From assembly GCA_028717685.1 (NCBI GenBank), contig JAQUNI010000002.1, forward strand, positions 71,903 through 135,902: a stretch of 64,000 nt of DNA. The letters run 5' to 3'. Below, piece by piece: positions 37,765 through 48,682 of the stretch (position 1 is its first letter; every line of letters begins with the position of its first letter). The DNA comes from Patescibacteria group bacterium (GTDB lineage: Bacteria > Patescibacteriota > JAQUNI01). The notes under the pieces were generated by a model. It saw nothing but the letters and a program-made list of their open reading frames with translations. It was not told the origin of the DNA and did no database searches. Made by a program: the position numbers and the translations under genes.

Positions 37765-37871
37765 GATTTGACTCTTATATTTTCTTATGCTATTTTTGAT
37801 ATAGGATTCGCTTTTTTAGCGCAAGGTTTTAGTTTACCTTTTATAATTTTTGAATCCACTATCTATTTTTT

Positions 37872-38306
37872 ATGCCCACCATTTCCCAATTAGTGCGCAA
37901 AGGGCGCAAAACTAAAATAAGGAAATTTAAAACGCCGGCTCTGCATCGGACTTTTAATGCTATTCGCCGTCGGGGAAGAATGGAACCTATTGGCAGTCCA
38001 TTTAAAAGAGGGGTTTGCGTTAAGGTTTTTACCACTACTCCCAAAAAACCAAACTCGGCTTTGCGCAAGGTAGCGAGAGTGCGTTTGACTAATGGAATGG
38101 AAGTGGCCGCTTATATTCCGGGCGAGGGCCATAATCTACAGGAACACTCTATAGTTTTAATCCGCGGCGGCAGAGTGAAAGATTTGCCCGGCGTGCGTTA
38201 TCACGTTGTGCGGGGGATTTTAGACACGGAAGGCGTGCAAGGTCGCAAACAAGGTCGCTCCCGCTACGGCGCCAAGAAGATAAGCGAGACAAAGAAAGAA
38301 GAATAA
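37872..38306 (+). CDS. rpsL: 30S ribosomal protein S12 (with internal insertion)
   Basis: [29 protein letters not shown]. Confidence 0.95.
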   Translation: MPTISQLVRKGRKTKIRKFKTPALHRTFNAIRRRGRMEPIGSPFKRGVCVKVFTTTPKKPNSALRKVARVRLTNGMEVAAYIPGEGHNLQEHSIVLIRGGRVKDLPGVRYHVVRGILDTEGVQGRKQGRSRYGAKKISETKKEE

Positions 38307-38342
38307 TCTTAATTCACTTTTTACTTTTAACTTTTTTATATC

Positions 38343-38810
38343 GTGCCTCGGAGAAAAAGAAAATTCAAAAGAGATATTTTACCTGATCCAAAGTATAGCA
38401 GCGTTACGGTCGCGCGCTTTGTTAATCATTTGATGGAGAGAGGAAAGAAATCCGTAGCAGAGGGAATACTTTATCGCGCTTTGGATATTGTGGCGGAGAA
38501 AACCAAGAAAGATTCCTTGGAGATTTTTGATTTAGCGCTTAAAAATGTAGCTCCGGTTTTAGAAGTGAAATCCAAAAGAATTGGAGGGGCGAATTATCAA
38601 ATTCCCGTGGAGGTGAGGATGCCGCGCAAGATGACTCTTGCGATGCGTTGGATTATCGGTGTTGCTCGCTTGCGCAAAGGAAAGCCAATGGCTGAAAAAC
38701 TCGCTGAGGAACTCATTACCGCGTCCAAGCGCGAAGGCGAGGCAATGCGGAAACGGGAAAATATTCAAAGAATGGCCGATGCCAATCGTGCCTTTGCCCA
38801 TTTCGCTTAA
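38343..38810 (+). CDS. rpsG: 30S ribosomal protein S7
   Basis: ILPDPKY ... NRAFAHF. Confidence 0.95.
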   Translation: MPRRKRKFKRDILPDPKYSSVTVARFVNHLMERGKKSVAEGILYRALDIVAEKTKKDSLEIFDLALKNVAPVLEVKSKRIGGANYQIPVEVRMPRKMTLAMRWIIGVARLRKGKPMAEKLAEELITASKREGEAMRKRENIQRMADANRAFAHFA

Positions 38811-38891
38811 TTATTTAAGGTTTCCCGTAAAAGCGAAGCTTTTATGGGTATCTTATAAAAGGGGGATTTTAAAAAAATTAAAAAGAAAAAA

Positions 38892-39305
38892 ATGAAACAG
38901 AGAATCTTATCTTGCCTCTCCGCAAGCGTGGTCGCGCTCGCGGGGAACACTGCCTTAGCGCAATCTACAAGTTATGATTATGAAAATACCGTCGGAAATA
39001 CCGTCGCGACGGGCATGGGTGTTGGACTGATAATTTTCTGGATTGTGGGTATGATTATTGGCTTGTTGCTTTTCATCTTGTGGATTTTGATGCTCATTGA
39101 CTGCATTAAGCGGGATTTTTCCCAAAAGACTTTGTGGATTATTCTCCTCATTGTTTTGGGTTGGATTGGTGCCGTGGCTTACTACTTTGCCGTCAAAAGA
39201 AAGAACATTACTGGCGGACCGGCGACTCCTTCGCAAACTACGCCACCTCAAGCATCTTCTGAACCTCAATCACCACCATCTTCTCCTGCCGCGCCTACGG
39301 TTTAA
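38892..39305 (+). CDS. PLDc_N-domain membrane protein with signal peptide and Pro/Ser-rich tail
   Basis: ILMLIDCIKRDF ... GAVAYYF. Paralog of 35623-35877. Sits between rpsG and fusA. Confidence 0.55.
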   Translation: MKQRILSCLSASVVALAGNTALAQSTSYDYENTVGNTVATGMGVGLIIFWIVGMIIGLLLFILWILMLIDCIKRDFSQKTLWIILLIVLGWIGAVAYYFAVKRKNITGGPATPSQTTPPQASSEPQSPPSSPAAPTV

Positions 39306-39403
39306 TTGATGTTTAAACAGAAAGAGGATAAATTTTGAGGTAATGGCGGGTTTTATAGAATTTTAAAATTCTTGAGTTTTTTGAATTGATTTTCGGATTG
39401 ACC

Positions 39404-39470
39404 TTGTTAGAAACACGCCCCGCAACTGGGCTAGTGGTTGGGTTTTATGTTCCGCATGAGTTTTGATGGG
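39404..39470. repeat. variant copy of the GTTAGAAACAYGCCCCGC repeat family
   Basis: GTTAGAAACACGCCCCGC ... GGGCTAGTGGTTGGG ... CCGCATGAGTTT aligns with 12381-12514. Confidence 0.5.
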
Positions 39471-39471
39471 A

Positions 39472-39499
39472 TTGACTTTTTGGTACTTATCGGTTAAAT
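39472..39499 (+). promoter_or_regulatory. sigma70-like promoter (TTGACT-16-TTAAAT) upstream of fusA
   Basis: Read directly; lies at the end of the repeat element, ~110 nt before the fusA GTG. Confidence 0.4.
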
Positions 39500-39610
39500 T
39501 ATCTTTTGGGTATTTTTGTTTTGCAAAAAATTTAAATTGCAACTTTTAACTTTTTCAGCCCAAGGCTGATCGGCCTCGGGCCGAAACTTTTCACTTTTAA
39601 CTTATCTTTC

Positions 39611-41734
39611 GTGCCTCGTCTGACACCTATAGAGAGAATTCGCAACATCGGCATCATTGCTCATATTGATGCCGGAAAGACAACCGTTTCGGAACGGATT
39701 CTTTATTATACGGGTAAAAAACACAAAGTAGGGGAGGTACATGAAGGAAAAGCAGAAATGGATTGGATGGCGCAAGAAAAAGAAAGGGGTATTACTATTA
39801 CTTCCGCGGCAACTACTTGCGCTTGGAAGGCGGGAGCGAAGGGCGAGATCCATCAGATTAATTTAATTGATACGCCGGGACATATTGATTTCACGGCCGA
39901 GGTGCAACGTTCTTTGCGCGTGTTGGACGGCGGCATTGTGGTTTTTGACGGTGTGGCGGGCGTAGAGCCGCAATCGGAAACCGTTTGGCATCAGGCGGAG
40001 AAATTTCAGGTGCCGCGGATGTGCTTTATTAATAAAATGGACCGCACCGGCGCTGATTTTAAAGCTGACCTTAGTTCCATTCGCGAACGGCTGACCAAAG
40101 ATATTGCCGTGATTCAGATTCCTATCGGAGAGGAAGACAAATTTGAAGGCGTGATTGATTTAATTAAAAATAAAGCCATTTATTTTAAAGGGGACTTGGG
40201 CGAAAAGTTAGAGGAAGGGGAGATTCCCCCTGCTTGGGCAGAGGAGGCTAAACAATATCGGCAAGAGATGGTGGAAAAGATTGCCAGCGAGGATGATGTT
40301 TTAATTGAAAAGTTTTTGGAGGGCGGGGAAATTACAGAAGAAGAATTAAAGAAAACTTTGCGCCAAGCAACAATCGCGGGCAGACTGGTACCGGTGCTTT
40401 GCGGTTCGGCTTTAAAAAATAAAGGGATTCAGCCTCTGCTTGACGCCGTCATCTTTTATCTTCCTTCTCCCTTAGACTTGCCTCCTGTTGCCGGATATGA
40501 GCCTAAGGTATTAATAGAGCAGGGTGAGCGAGCGGAAAAATCCGAAGAGCGCAAGGCGGATGACAACGCACCTTTTGCCGCTCTCGCTTTTAAGATTGCC
40601 AGCGATCCTTTCGTGGGCAAGCTGATCTTTTTTCGCATTTACTCCGGCCATTTAGAGGCTGGATCTTATATTTTAAACACTTCTTCCGGCAAGAAAGAGA
40701 GATTGGGAAGGATTTTAAGAATGCACGCGAATCATCGGGAAGAAGTAAAGGAGATGTTTACCGGCGAAATCGCCGCCGCGGTGGGTTTAAAAGAGACCAC
40801 CACCGGCGATACCTTATGCGATTCTGATCATCCCATTGTCTTGGAAAAGATTACTTTTCCCGAGCCCGTGATTTCCATTGCCATTGAACCAAAGACCAAA
40901 GCCGACCAAGAGAAGATGGGTTTATCCTTGCACACTCTATCGGAAGAGGATCCCACTTTTCGCGTGCGGAGCGACGAAGAGACGGGCCAGACGATTATTT
41001 CAGGAATGGGAGAATTGCATTTGGATATTATTGTGGATCGGATGAAAAGAGAATTTAATGTCGCGGCTAATGTCGGCAAGCCTCAAGTCGCTTATCGCGA
41101 AACCATCCGCAAGAAGGCGGAGGCAGAAGGAAAGTATATCCGTCAGTCAGGAGGCCGCGGTCAATATGGTCATGTTTGGTTGCGCGTGGAGCCCCTCCCA
41201 AGCGGCAAGGGCTTTGAATTTGTGAACGCGATCAAAGGCGGCGTCATTCCTCAAGAATTTATTCCCGCAGTGGGAAAAGGCGTCAAGGAAGCGTTAGGGA
41301 ACGGAGTGCTCGCGGGTTATCCAGCGGTGGATCTTTCGGTTACGCTTTATGACGGTTCATTTCACGAGGTGGACTCTTCGGAAGCCGCTTTTCACATCGC
41401 GGGTTCTATCGCGGTGCAGGAGGCGGTGAGGCGAGCGGATGTTCACCTTTTGGAACCGATTATGAAGATAGAAGTGGTGACGCCAGAGAAATTTATGGGT
41501 GATGTGATTGGCGATTTGAATTCCAGGCGCGCTCATATCGCGGAGATGTCGGACCGCGGGCAGGCAAAGGTTATTGACGCGCTTGTTCCCTTGGCAGAAA
41601 TGTTTGGTTATGCTACGATATTAAGATCTTTAACCCAGGGTCGCGCTAATTACACAATGGAATTTGATCATTACGCGGAGGTGCCGCGCCACGTCGCGGA
41701 ACAGATTATTGGGGAGAAGAGCGAGAAGAAATAA
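39611..41734 (+). CDS. fusA: elongation factor G
   Basis: GTG start; [21 protein letters not shown]. Confidence 0.95.
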   Translation: MPRLTPIERIRNIGIIAHIDAGKTTVSERILYYTGKKHKVGEVHEGKAEMDWMAQEKERGITITSAATTCAWKAGAKGEIHQINLIDTPGHIDFTAEVQRSLRVLDGGIVVFDGVAGVEPQSETVWHQAEKFQVPRMCFINKMDRTGADFKADLSSIRERLTKDIAVIQIPIGEEDKFEGVIDLIKNKAIYFKGDLGEKLEEGEIPPAWAEEAKQYRQEMVEKIASEDDVLIEKFLEGGEITEEELKKTLRQATIAGRLVPVLCGSALKNKGIQPLLDAVIFYLPSPLDLPPVAGYEPKVLIEQGERAEKSEERKADDNAPFAALAFKIASDPFVGKLIFFRIYSGHLEAGSYILNTSSGKKERLGRILRMHANHREEVKEMFTGEIAAAVGLKETTTGDTLCDSDHPIVLEKITFPEPVISIAIEPKTKADQEKMGLSLHTLSEEDPTFRVRSDEETGQTIISGMGELHLDIIVDRMKREFNVAANVGKPQVAYRETIRKKAEAEGKYIRQSGGRGQYGHVWLRVEPLPSGKGFEFVNAIKGGVIPQEFIPAVGKGVKEALGNGVLAGYPAVDLSVTLYDGSFHEVDSSEAAFHIAGSIAVQEAVRRADVHLLEPIMKIEVVTPEKFMGDVIGDLNSRRAHIAEMSDRGQAKVIDALVPLAEMFGYATILRSLTQGRANYTMEFDHYAEVPRHVAEQIIGEKSEKK

Positions 41735-41736
41735 CT

Positions 41737-42126
41737 ATGTTTAAAAATATGCCTGATTTCAAAAAGATTGCCGAGACGCTCAAGGAAAAAAATACCCGAG
41801 AACGTTATGTAATTGTGGAGAGTGGAGAGCCGAGGTGGGTAGTTTTGAGTATGCAGGATTACGAAGATTTAACCCGAAAAAAAGACGCGGTTCACGATCA
41901 AGAAGATCAAATAGTTGTTGAAGAGAAAATTGAGGAGGAACTTGCCTCTTATCAAGCCGAGACAGAACAAGAAGAAGGAATGATGTCCAAAGGCGCTTCA
42001 GCAGAAATTCAAGAACCCGAGTTTTATTTTGAGATAGTAGAGGAGAAAGAGGTGCCAGGGTGCTCGGATTTATCCACAACTTCGGAAGCAAAGAGGAAAA
42101 TGGAATGGAATGATATTCCATTTTAA
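41737..42126 (+). CDS. hypothetical acidic protein with Phd/YefM-like N-terminus
   Basis: RERYVIVESGEPRWVVLSMQDYEDL resembles the YefM antitoxin fold. No toxin partner follows. Confidence 0.4.
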   Translation: MFKNMPDFKKIAETLKEKNTRERYVIVESGEPRWVVLSMQDYEDLTRKKDAVHDQEDQIVVEEKIEEELASYQAETEQEEGMMSKGASAEIQEPEFYFEIVEEKEVPGCSDLSTTSEAKRKMEWNDIPF

Positions 42127-42355
42127 GGGAAGGGCTAAGATTAGGCAAAAAATAAGAAACTCTTTTTATTTTTGGCTAAAATTAGGCAAAAACAGTTGAA
42201 GATTTAGGATAGAAACAACCCTTCTTGACATTGAGAGCAATTTGGTTTAAAATGATTTTAGATTTGCATCCTTCCAAGTATGGATGGCGGATTTCAAGCC
42301 TCATAAAAAAATTAATACTGCACCCTCTTTCATATTTTTTAAGAAGAGGGCAGAA

Positions 42356-43564
42356 ATGAAACAAATGACGGAAAAATTTGAACGCACTAAACCCCATGTG
42401 AATGTGGGTACGATTGGTCACGTTGACCATGGTAAAACTACCTTGACTGCCGCGATATTGAAATGCCTTGCGGCGGCAGGATTTAAAGCCCAGCAAAAAT
42501 CAGTAGATCAGATTGACAACGCGCCGGAAGAAAAGGAGCGGGGGATTACAATTGCCACCGCCCATGTGGAGTATGAATCAGAGAAAAGGCATTATGCCCA
42601 TGTTGATTGTCCGGGTCATGCTGACTATATTAAAAATATGATTACGGGCGCGGCGCAGATGGATGGAGCAATTTTGGTTGTTTCCGCCGCTGATGGTCCG
42701 ATGCCTCAAACGCGGGAGCATATTTTACTTGCTCGTCAGGTAGGCGTGCCCAATATCGTCGTCTTTTTGAATAAAATAGATATGGTGGATGAAAAGGAAT
42801 TAATAGATCTTGTGGAGGAGGAAGTGCGGGAGCTTTTAACTAAATATGAATTTGATGGGACAAATATATCCGTGATCAGAGGGAGCGGATTGAAAGCTTT
42901 AGAGTGCGGTTGCGGCAAGAAGGAATGCGAGTGGTGCGGTCCTATATTGGAACTGGTAAAAACAATGGATGAAAAAATCCCCGAGCCTGTCCGCGAGACA
43001 GACAAGCCTTTTCTAATGGCTGTGGAAGATGTTTTTTCCATTGAGGGCCGGGGAACGGTGGTGACAGGAAAAATTGAACGCGGTATTGTCAAATTAAACG
43101 ACGAGGTGGAGATAGTAGGCATTAAACCGACCCAGAAGACAGTAGTGACAGGCATTGAGATGTTTAATAAAACTCTAGACGAAGGTCGTGCCGGAGATAA
43201 CGCGGGTATCCTTTTGCGAGGGACCAAGAAAGAAGATGTGGCGCGGGGACAGGTGGTGGCGAAACCGGGCTCAATTACTCCTCATACCGAGTTTGAAGGA
43301 GAGGTTTATGTGCTCACTAAAGAGGAAGGAGGACGGCACACCGCCTTTGCGAAAGGTTACAAACCCCAACTCTATATTCGCACTACTGATGTGACAGGCG
43401 AACTCTTTTTGCCTGAAGGGACGGAGATGGTTATGCCCGGCGATACTATAACCTTGAAGGTAAAACTTATTGCTCCGGTGGCTTTGGAAGAGAAACAACG
43501 TTTCGCAATCCGCGAGGGTGGACATACAGTTGGAGCAGGGTTTGTAATGAAAATTATCAAGTAA
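42356..43564 (+). CDS. tuf: elongation factor Tu (with Cys4 insertion)
   Basis: [29 protein letters not shown]. The track N-terminal extension is unlikely. Insert [15 protein letters not shown]. Confidence 0.95.
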   Translation: MKQMTEKFERTKPHVNVGTIGHVDHGKTTLTAAILKCLAAAGFKAQQKSVDQIDNAPEEKERGITIATAHVEYESEKRHYAHVDCPGHADYIKNMITGAAQMDGAILVVSAADGPMPQTREHILLARQVGVPNIVVFLNKIDMVDEKELIDLVEEEVRELLTKYEFDGTNISVIRGSGLKALECGCGKKECEWCGPILELVKTMDEKIPEPVRETDKPFLMAVEDVFSIEGRGTVVTGKIERGIVKLNDEVEIVGIKPTQKTVVTGIEMFNKTLDEGRAGDNAGILLRGTKKEDVARGQVVAKPGSITPHTEFEGEVYVLTKEEGGRHTAFAKGYKPQLYIRTTDVTGELFLPEGTEMVMPGDTITLKVKLIAPVALEEKQRFAIREGGHTVGAGFVMKIIK

Positions 43565-43615
43565 TTTTAAAATACCTATTACCCCTCCCATCTTTTGGGG
43601 GTAAGTCCATTTAAA

Positions 43616-43963
43616 ATGGCTACTCAAAGCAGTAGAGAGATAACGGAGGAGGAAGCTTCTTCCCCCAGAATTCGCATTAGGATTAAGGCTTATGACCATA
43701 AGGTAATTGACGAGTCTGCTCGTCAGATTGTGGAAACAGCGGAACGGACAGGGGCTATTGTTTCTGGTCCCGTGCCTTTGCCGATTGAAAAGACACGTTA
43801 CACAGTAATGCGTTCCCCTTTTGTTCATAAAGATTCCCGGGAACAATACGAAATGCGAGTCCACAAAAGATTGATTGATATCAATAAGCCCACACCTAAA
43901 ACAGTAGACGCCTTGATGGATTTGAATTTACCCGCGGGTGTTGATGTAGAGATTAAAATGTAA
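43616..43963 (+). CDS. rpsJ: 30S ribosomal protein S10
   Basis: [17 protein letters not shown] ... VDVEIKM. Confidence 0.9.
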   Translation: MATQSSREITEEEASSPRIRIRIKAYDHKVIDESARQIVETAERTGAIVSGPVPLPIEKTRYTVMRSPFVHKDSREQYEMRVHKRLIDINKPTPKTVDALMDLNLPAGVDVEIKM

Positions 43964-44468
43964 GATACTCTTTTTTTCCGCGAATAGAAAGGGGAAGGTA
44001 TTTTCTTTTTTGGGTGTATCTTTTTGGAGACGGATTCTGTTATTCATATCTTTGATTATATTTATAGATCTTTTGCAAAATAATCCTTTCTCCTGTAATT
44101 GCCAGATTTCGGGCAAAAGATTATTTCGCGAAAGGTCTTAAGTTATTTTTTCCATTATTAAAAATAGGAGCTGAATCAAAAGCCAGCTATTTCAATCCTG
44201 CGCGATGGGTTTTTCATGGAGTCCGCAAGCTTTCATGGTATTCCTTTATAGGATACTCTTCTTAACGCGGGGTAAAGGATTTTTTCTCCAGCCACCCTTT
44301 TTTTAAGGAGAAGGGGAAGGGCGAAGAATCTCGAAAACCGGGAGTTTTTTCAAAAACCGGTGAGCTCTTTCACTCCTTACTTTTAAGGTAAAAGTGAAGG
44401 ATGAGGGGGCGAGAACAAAACTGGTTTTTGGCAAAACTTTCGGTTTTTGTTTTAAATTGCCATTCTCT

Positions 44469-45074
44469 ATGCCAAAATTTATCCTAGGACGAAAATTAGG
44501 AATGACTCAGATTTTTGACCAAAAGGGAAAAATAATTCCCGTTACTGTTATAGAAGCGGGTCCTTGTTTTGTATCAGCGATTCGTACACCGGAAAAACAT
44601 GGCTATTCCGCTTTACAGCTTAATTTTACCCTCAAGGTTCATAAAGGGCTTAAAAAGCATCCCAAGAAGAATGATATTCTGCTGCGGGAGTTTCGCTTGC
44701 CAGAAGCAGAAGCAAAGAAGTATAAAGTGGGAGACCAAATCGCGGTTGCGAGTTTTCAAGAGGGGGAACAAGTTAAGACCGCGGGAGTGAGCCATGGGAA
44801 GGGTTTTCAAGGCGTGGTGAAAAGATGGGGATTTAAAGGTTCGCCGGCTACCCATGGCCATAAGCACGATGAGAGAGCGCCAGGTTCAATCGGCGCCACA
44901 TTTCCGGAAAAAGTCATCAAGGGGATGAGGATGGCTGGTCGGATGGGCGGAAAGAGAATTACAGCGAAAGGACTGACCATTATTAATATTGATGCTGGGA
45001 ATAATTTGATGGCGGTAAAGGGGGCGGTGCCGGGCGTTAGGGGAGGTTTAGTGGAAGTGAGGGGCGAGGAATAA
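44469..45074 (+). CDS. rplC: 50S ribosomal protein L3
   Basis: MPKFILGRKLGMTQIFD; the track N-terminal extension is unlikely. Confidence 0.9.
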   Translation: MPKFILGRKLGMTQIFDQKGKIIPVTVIEAGPCFVSAIRTPEKHGYSALQLNFTLKVHKGLKKHPKKNDILLREFRLPEAEAKKYKVGDQIAVASFQEGEQVKTAGVSHGKGFQGVVKRWGFKGSPATHGHKHDERAPGSIGATFPEKVIKGMRMAGRMGGKRITAKGLTIINIDAGNNLMAVKGAVPGVRGGLVEVRGEE

Positions 45075-45084
45075 AGCTAAAATT

Positions 45085-45813
45085 ATGAAATTACCAATTT
45101 ACAATTTAGATGGCAGTAAGTCCGGTAAGTTTGTCAATCTCGCGCCAGAAATTTTTGGCGTGGCAGTGAATCCAGTTTTAGTGAATCAGGCTGTGGTGGC
45201 TCAACGCGCGAAGAGTCGCCATCCTATTGCCCATACGAAGACGCGGTCCGAGCGCCGCGGCGGCGGAGCGAAACCCTGGAAACAGAAAGGAACGGGGCGG
45301 GCGAGAGCAGGTTCCCGCCGCAGTCCCTTATGGCGCAAGGGAGGAATAGTTTTTGGGCCGAGAAATGAAAGAAATTTTACAAAGAGGATCAATAAGAAAG
45401 CAAGACGCAAAGCTATTCTGATGGTTCTTTCCAATCGGGTGAAGACGGGCGATGTTGTTGTCGTTAAAGAGTTGAAGATTCCAGAAGTTCGGACGAAGCA
45501 AATGGCTATCTTCCTTGAAAAATTTCCTTTACAATCCAAGCCCTTGATTTTACTTTCTGAAAAAGACGAAAAAATTCGCAGGGCGAGCCGTAATTTATCC
45601 TCTCTCAAGGTTTTATCCGCGAACAGTTTAAATGTGGTTGACCTTTTGGATCGCAATTGTATTTTAATGCCCCTCGCAGCAGTAAAAATCATTGAGAAAA
45701 CCTACTCTTCAAATATTGCAAATTCCACCCCCCACCTTTTAAAAAAAGCGAGTGACGCTCCACTGGTTCGGCAGGCTTACCATCCTATGGTTCGGCAGGC
45801 ACTTCGGCCATGA
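45085..45813 (+). CDS. rplD: 50S ribosomal protein L4 (C-terminal ~35 aa read into a repeat element)
   Basis: KPWKQKGTGRARAGSRRSPLWRKGG; C-terminal tail ...LVRQAYHPMVRQALRP. Confidence 0.9.
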   Translation: MKLPIYNLDGSKSGKFVNLAPEIFGVAVNPVLVNQAVVAQRAKSRHPIAHTKTRSERRGGGAKPWKQKGTGRARAGSRRSPLWRKGGIVFGPRNERNFTKRINKKARRKAILMVLSNRVKTGDVVVVKELKIPEVRTKQMAIFLEKFPLQSKPLILLSEKDEKIRRASRNLSSLKVLSANSLNVVDLLDRNCILMPLAAVKIIEKTYSSNIANSTPHLLKKASDAPLVRQAYHPMVRQALRP

Positions 45814-45861
45814 GGGCTTCGACTGAGCTCAGCCGAATGTCCTTAGTGCCGAATAGCTCAC
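45786..45861. repeat. ~75-bp repeat, copy 1 (ATGGTTCGGCA..CACTTCGGCCATGAGGGCTTCGACTGAGCTCAGCCGAATGTCCTTAGTGCCGAATAGCTCAC)
   Basis: Near-identical copy at 49965-50040. Confidence 0.75.
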
Positions 45862-45935
45862 TGTTCTAGAAATCCCATTATAAAAAGGATGCCTCGGGTG
45901 TGTGAATCCGTGAAACTTCATAAGTTATAAGAATT

Positions 45936-46337
45936 ATGCCTCTCTCAAGAAGGAAAAAAATTAAAACTCCGGCAGTTAGGAAGGTCCGAGGAAGCAAGGT
46001 TAAAGCTTTCAAGACAACCCCTCATCAGAAGAAAAGACAAGTTTCACCTAGAAACCAAACTTTTAGGGTTTTAAAACAGCCTCGCGTGACAGAGAAAGGG
46101 ACCATCCTTCAAGCCCTCAATCAATATATATTTGAAGTGAATTTAAAGGCGAACAAAAATGAAGTTAAAAAGGCGATTGAAGAATTATATGAAGTGAAGG
46201 TCGTGAAAGTGAATATTATTAATTTTATGGGCAAGCAAAGGAGATATGGCCGTATCCAAGGCAAAACGAGAGCGTGGAAAAAGGCGATTATAACTTTGCG
46301 GCAGGGGGATACGATTAAATTGTTTGAAGGAGTATAA
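45936..46337 (+). CDS. rplW: 50S ribosomal protein L23 (N-terminal ~40-aa basic extension)
   Basis: RVTEKGTILQALNQYIFEVNLKANKNEVKKAIEELYEVKVVKVN. Confidence 0.85.
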   Translation: MPLSRRKKIKTPAVRKVRGSKVKAFKTTPHQKKRQVSPRNQTFRVLKQPRVTEKGTILQALNQYIFEVNLKANKNEVKKAIEELYEVKVVKVNIINFMGKQRRYGRIQGKTRAWKKAIITLRQGDTIKLFEGV

Positions 46338-46370
46338 GGATCAGCAACAAATAACAAGCTTAAAAAGTTT

Positions 46371-47198
46371 ATGAAATTTTATAAACCTACTACGCCGGGG
46401 AGAAGACAAATGACAGGGAGCGATTTTTCCGATCTAACGCGGGGCAGAAAACCGACAAAAAAATTGGCGGCGGGTTTAAAGCAAAAGGCAGGCAGGGATC
46501 GATTGGGTCATATTTCGATTCGGCACCGCGGCGGAGGTCATAAGAGGACATACCGCCTTATTGATTTTAGGCAGGACAAGTTTGATATACCGGGGAGAGT
46601 TGCTTCCATTGAATATGATCCCAACCGTACGGCATGGATTGCTTTGATTCACTATGCCGATGGAGAAAAACGTTATATTCTTGCCCCTCAAAGAATAAAG
46701 GCGGGGGATATGGTTTTAGCAAGCCAGAAAAAGATTGAAGCGCGGGTAGGCAACCGGATGCCTCTTGCTGAAATTCCTGACGCGAGTCCTGTTCACAATT
46801 TAGAGTTAAACCCAGGGCGGGGTGGTCAAATCGTGCGGGCGGCAGGCGGGAGCGCGATCTTAATGGGTAAGGAAGGAAAATACGCCCAGATTAAACTCCC
46901 CTCGGGAGAGATCCGCAATATTTTAAAAACTTGTTTAGCCAGCATGGGTAGTTTAAGCAATCCAGAACATGATAATATTAATATAGGCAAAGCAGGACGC
47001 ACGCGTTGGTTGGGGATCAGACCCACAGTAAGGGGGAAAGCGATGAATCCAGTAGATCATCCTCATGGCGGAGGGGAGGGTAACCAGCCGATTGGTTTAA
47101 AATATCCCAAGACTCCTTGGGGCAGACCAGCTTTGGGGGTGAAAACGCGGCGGAAGAAGAAATACTCGGACAGATTGATTGTGAAGAGGAGAAGATAG
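46371..47198 (+). CDS. rplB: 50S ribosomal protein L2
   Basis: [23 protein letters not shown] core, [10 protein letters not shown]. Confidence 0.95.
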   Translation: MKFYKPTTPGRRQMTGSDFSDLTRGRKPTKKLAAGLKQKAGRDRLGHISIRHRGGGHKRTYRLIDFRQDKFDIPGRVASIEYDPNRTAWIALIHYADGEKRYILAPQRIKAGDMVLASQKKIEARVGNRMPLAEIPDASPVHNLELNPGRGGQIVRAAGGSAILMGKEGKYAQIKLPSGEIRNILKTCLASMGSLSNPEHDNINIGKAGRTRWLGIRPTVRGKAMNPVDHPHGGGEGNQPIGLKYPKTPWGRPALGVKTRRKKKYSDRLIVKRRR

Positions 47199-47391
47199 TG
47201 TAAAATTTTAAATTCTAAATTTTAATTCAATTTTAAAATCCTAATTTTAAATTTTAAAACCAAGGGAAATAAGAAAGGGTTTTAAAATTAAAAAATTTAA
47301 AATTTGGATTTGATTGAAAATTTCAAATTAGAAATTTTCATAGATAATAGCCCTTGTAATTAAATTTTACCAAAATTCAAGTTCAAAAATT

Positions 47392-47739
47392 ATGTCAAGG
47401 TCTCTTAAAAAGGGTCCCTTCTGCGATCCTAAACTGCTTGCTAAAATCAGAAAGCTGAAAGCCGGAGAAAAAACCATTATTAAAACTTGGTCGCGAGACT
47501 CAATAATTTTTCCAGAGATGGTGGGTTTTACTATTGGAGTGCATAATGGTCGGGAACATATTTCCGTTTTTGTCACCGAAGACATGGTGGGCCATCGCCT
47601 CGGTGAATTCGCGCCCACCCGTAAATTCATCGTGCATGGCGGTCGGATTGCGCGGGAAGAGGCGGCTCAAAGAGCTGAAGCAGATCGTAGCAAGGTAGAA
47701 GCAGGCCAGAAAGAGGCAGTGAAAAAAGAAAATATATAG
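47392..47739 (+). CDS. rpsS: 30S ribosomal protein S19 (C-terminal extension)
   Basis: [22 protein letters not shown]. Confidence 0.95.
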   Translation: MSRSLKKGPFCDPKLLAKIRKLKAGEKTIIKTWSRDSIIFPEMVGFTIGVHNGREHISVFVTEDMVGHRLGEFAPTRKFIVHGGRIAREEAAQRAEADRSKVEAGQKEAVKKENI

Positions 47740-47815
47740 CTTGCAAGGAGTGGCTTGCAATTCAAGGAAAATTATCCTTGGGCGGCACGTTACGAGTTTC
47801 AAGTTATAAGAATCC

Positions 47816-48415
47816 ATGGAAGCGAAAGCGAAACTTAGATATTTACATATTGCGCCGCGTAAGGTAAGATTGGTTATTAATTTAATTCGCGGCTTAGAAG
47901 TGGGCAGAGCCTTGGAACAACTTTCTGTAATAAAGCAAAGGGCGGCAAGGCCAGTGTTTAAACTGTTAAAGTCGGCTATTGCGAACGCGGAGCACAATTT
48001 TAACTTAGATAAGAATAATTTATATATCAAAGAAATTCGGGCAGATGAAGGACCAACTTTAAAGCGTTGGCAGCCGCGGGCCTTTGGCCGCGCTTTTCCT
48101 ATAATGAAGAGAGCGAGCCACATATCCATTATTTTAGAGGAAAGGGTTGTTGGTCGCAGAAAGACTAAGTCAGGAGGAGAAGCTCCCGAGCTTATTGCCA
48201 GCCCTAAGATGGCAGGAAAGAGCGCGTTGAAGGTTGGGAAGAGCAGAGTTGTGCCCACTCCGAAGATACCGCAGGGCAGCGAGACAACCCTGAAACCATG
48301 GGATCCTCGCCGAGAAGCCGGTCGCCGAAACAAGCAACATCAGGATAAGAAGAAACTAGCTCAAGGCAAAGCTTTGAGCGGTCTTAAACGTTTTTTCCAA
48401 CGTAAATCGGTGTAA
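47816..48415 (+). CDS. rplV: 50S ribosomal protein L22 (long basic C-terminal extension)
   Basis: MEAKAKLRYLHIAPRKVRLVINLIRG. The long antisense track ORF 47500-48333 is spurious. Confidence 0.9.
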   Translation: MEAKAKLRYLHIAPRKVRLVINLIRGLEVGRALEQLSVIKQRAARPVFKLLKSAIANAEHNFNLDKNNLYIKEIRADEGPTLKRWQPRAFGRAFPIMKRASHISIILEERVVGRRKTKSGGEAPELIASPKMAGKSALKVGKSRVVPTPKIPQGSETTLKPWDPRREAGRRNKQHQDKKKLAQGKALSGLKRFFQRKSV

Positions 48416-48416
48416 A

Positions 48417-48493
48417 CCCCTTTAGAGAACTTTGTTTTCTAACGGTTCTCTCGGCTTATATTCTGCCTGCCGTCAAGCAGGTCTCTAACGGGG
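48417..48493. repeat. REP-like hairpin (CCCCTTTAGAGAAC ... GTCTCTAACGGGG)
   Basis: Same arms as 24314-24373 and 12381-12514. Sits between rplV and rpsC. Confidence 0.6.
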
Positions 48494-48682
48494 TAAAATG
48501 GAGCCCTTCAGGTTGTTCAGGTCGTTCAGACTCTTAAAGAGCTCAAAGAGCTCTGAGAATGACCCCTTTTCAAATCCTTCGCGAGAGGCTGATTTGCGAA
48601 GAGCTCCAAATATAGGACATGAGTCATGAAGCCTGAAACGGGTAAAGTTATAAGTTTAATGTTTTAAGTTTTAAGCAAGCAT

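Noticed and set aside
47500-48333. 277-aa antisense ORF opposite rpsS-rplV, and other antisense ORFs inside conserved genes (for example 1816-2259, 21074-21367, 43271-43864)
   Set aside because: They lie opposite strongly conserved coding genes and have no motifs or RBS. They are by-products of codon bias.
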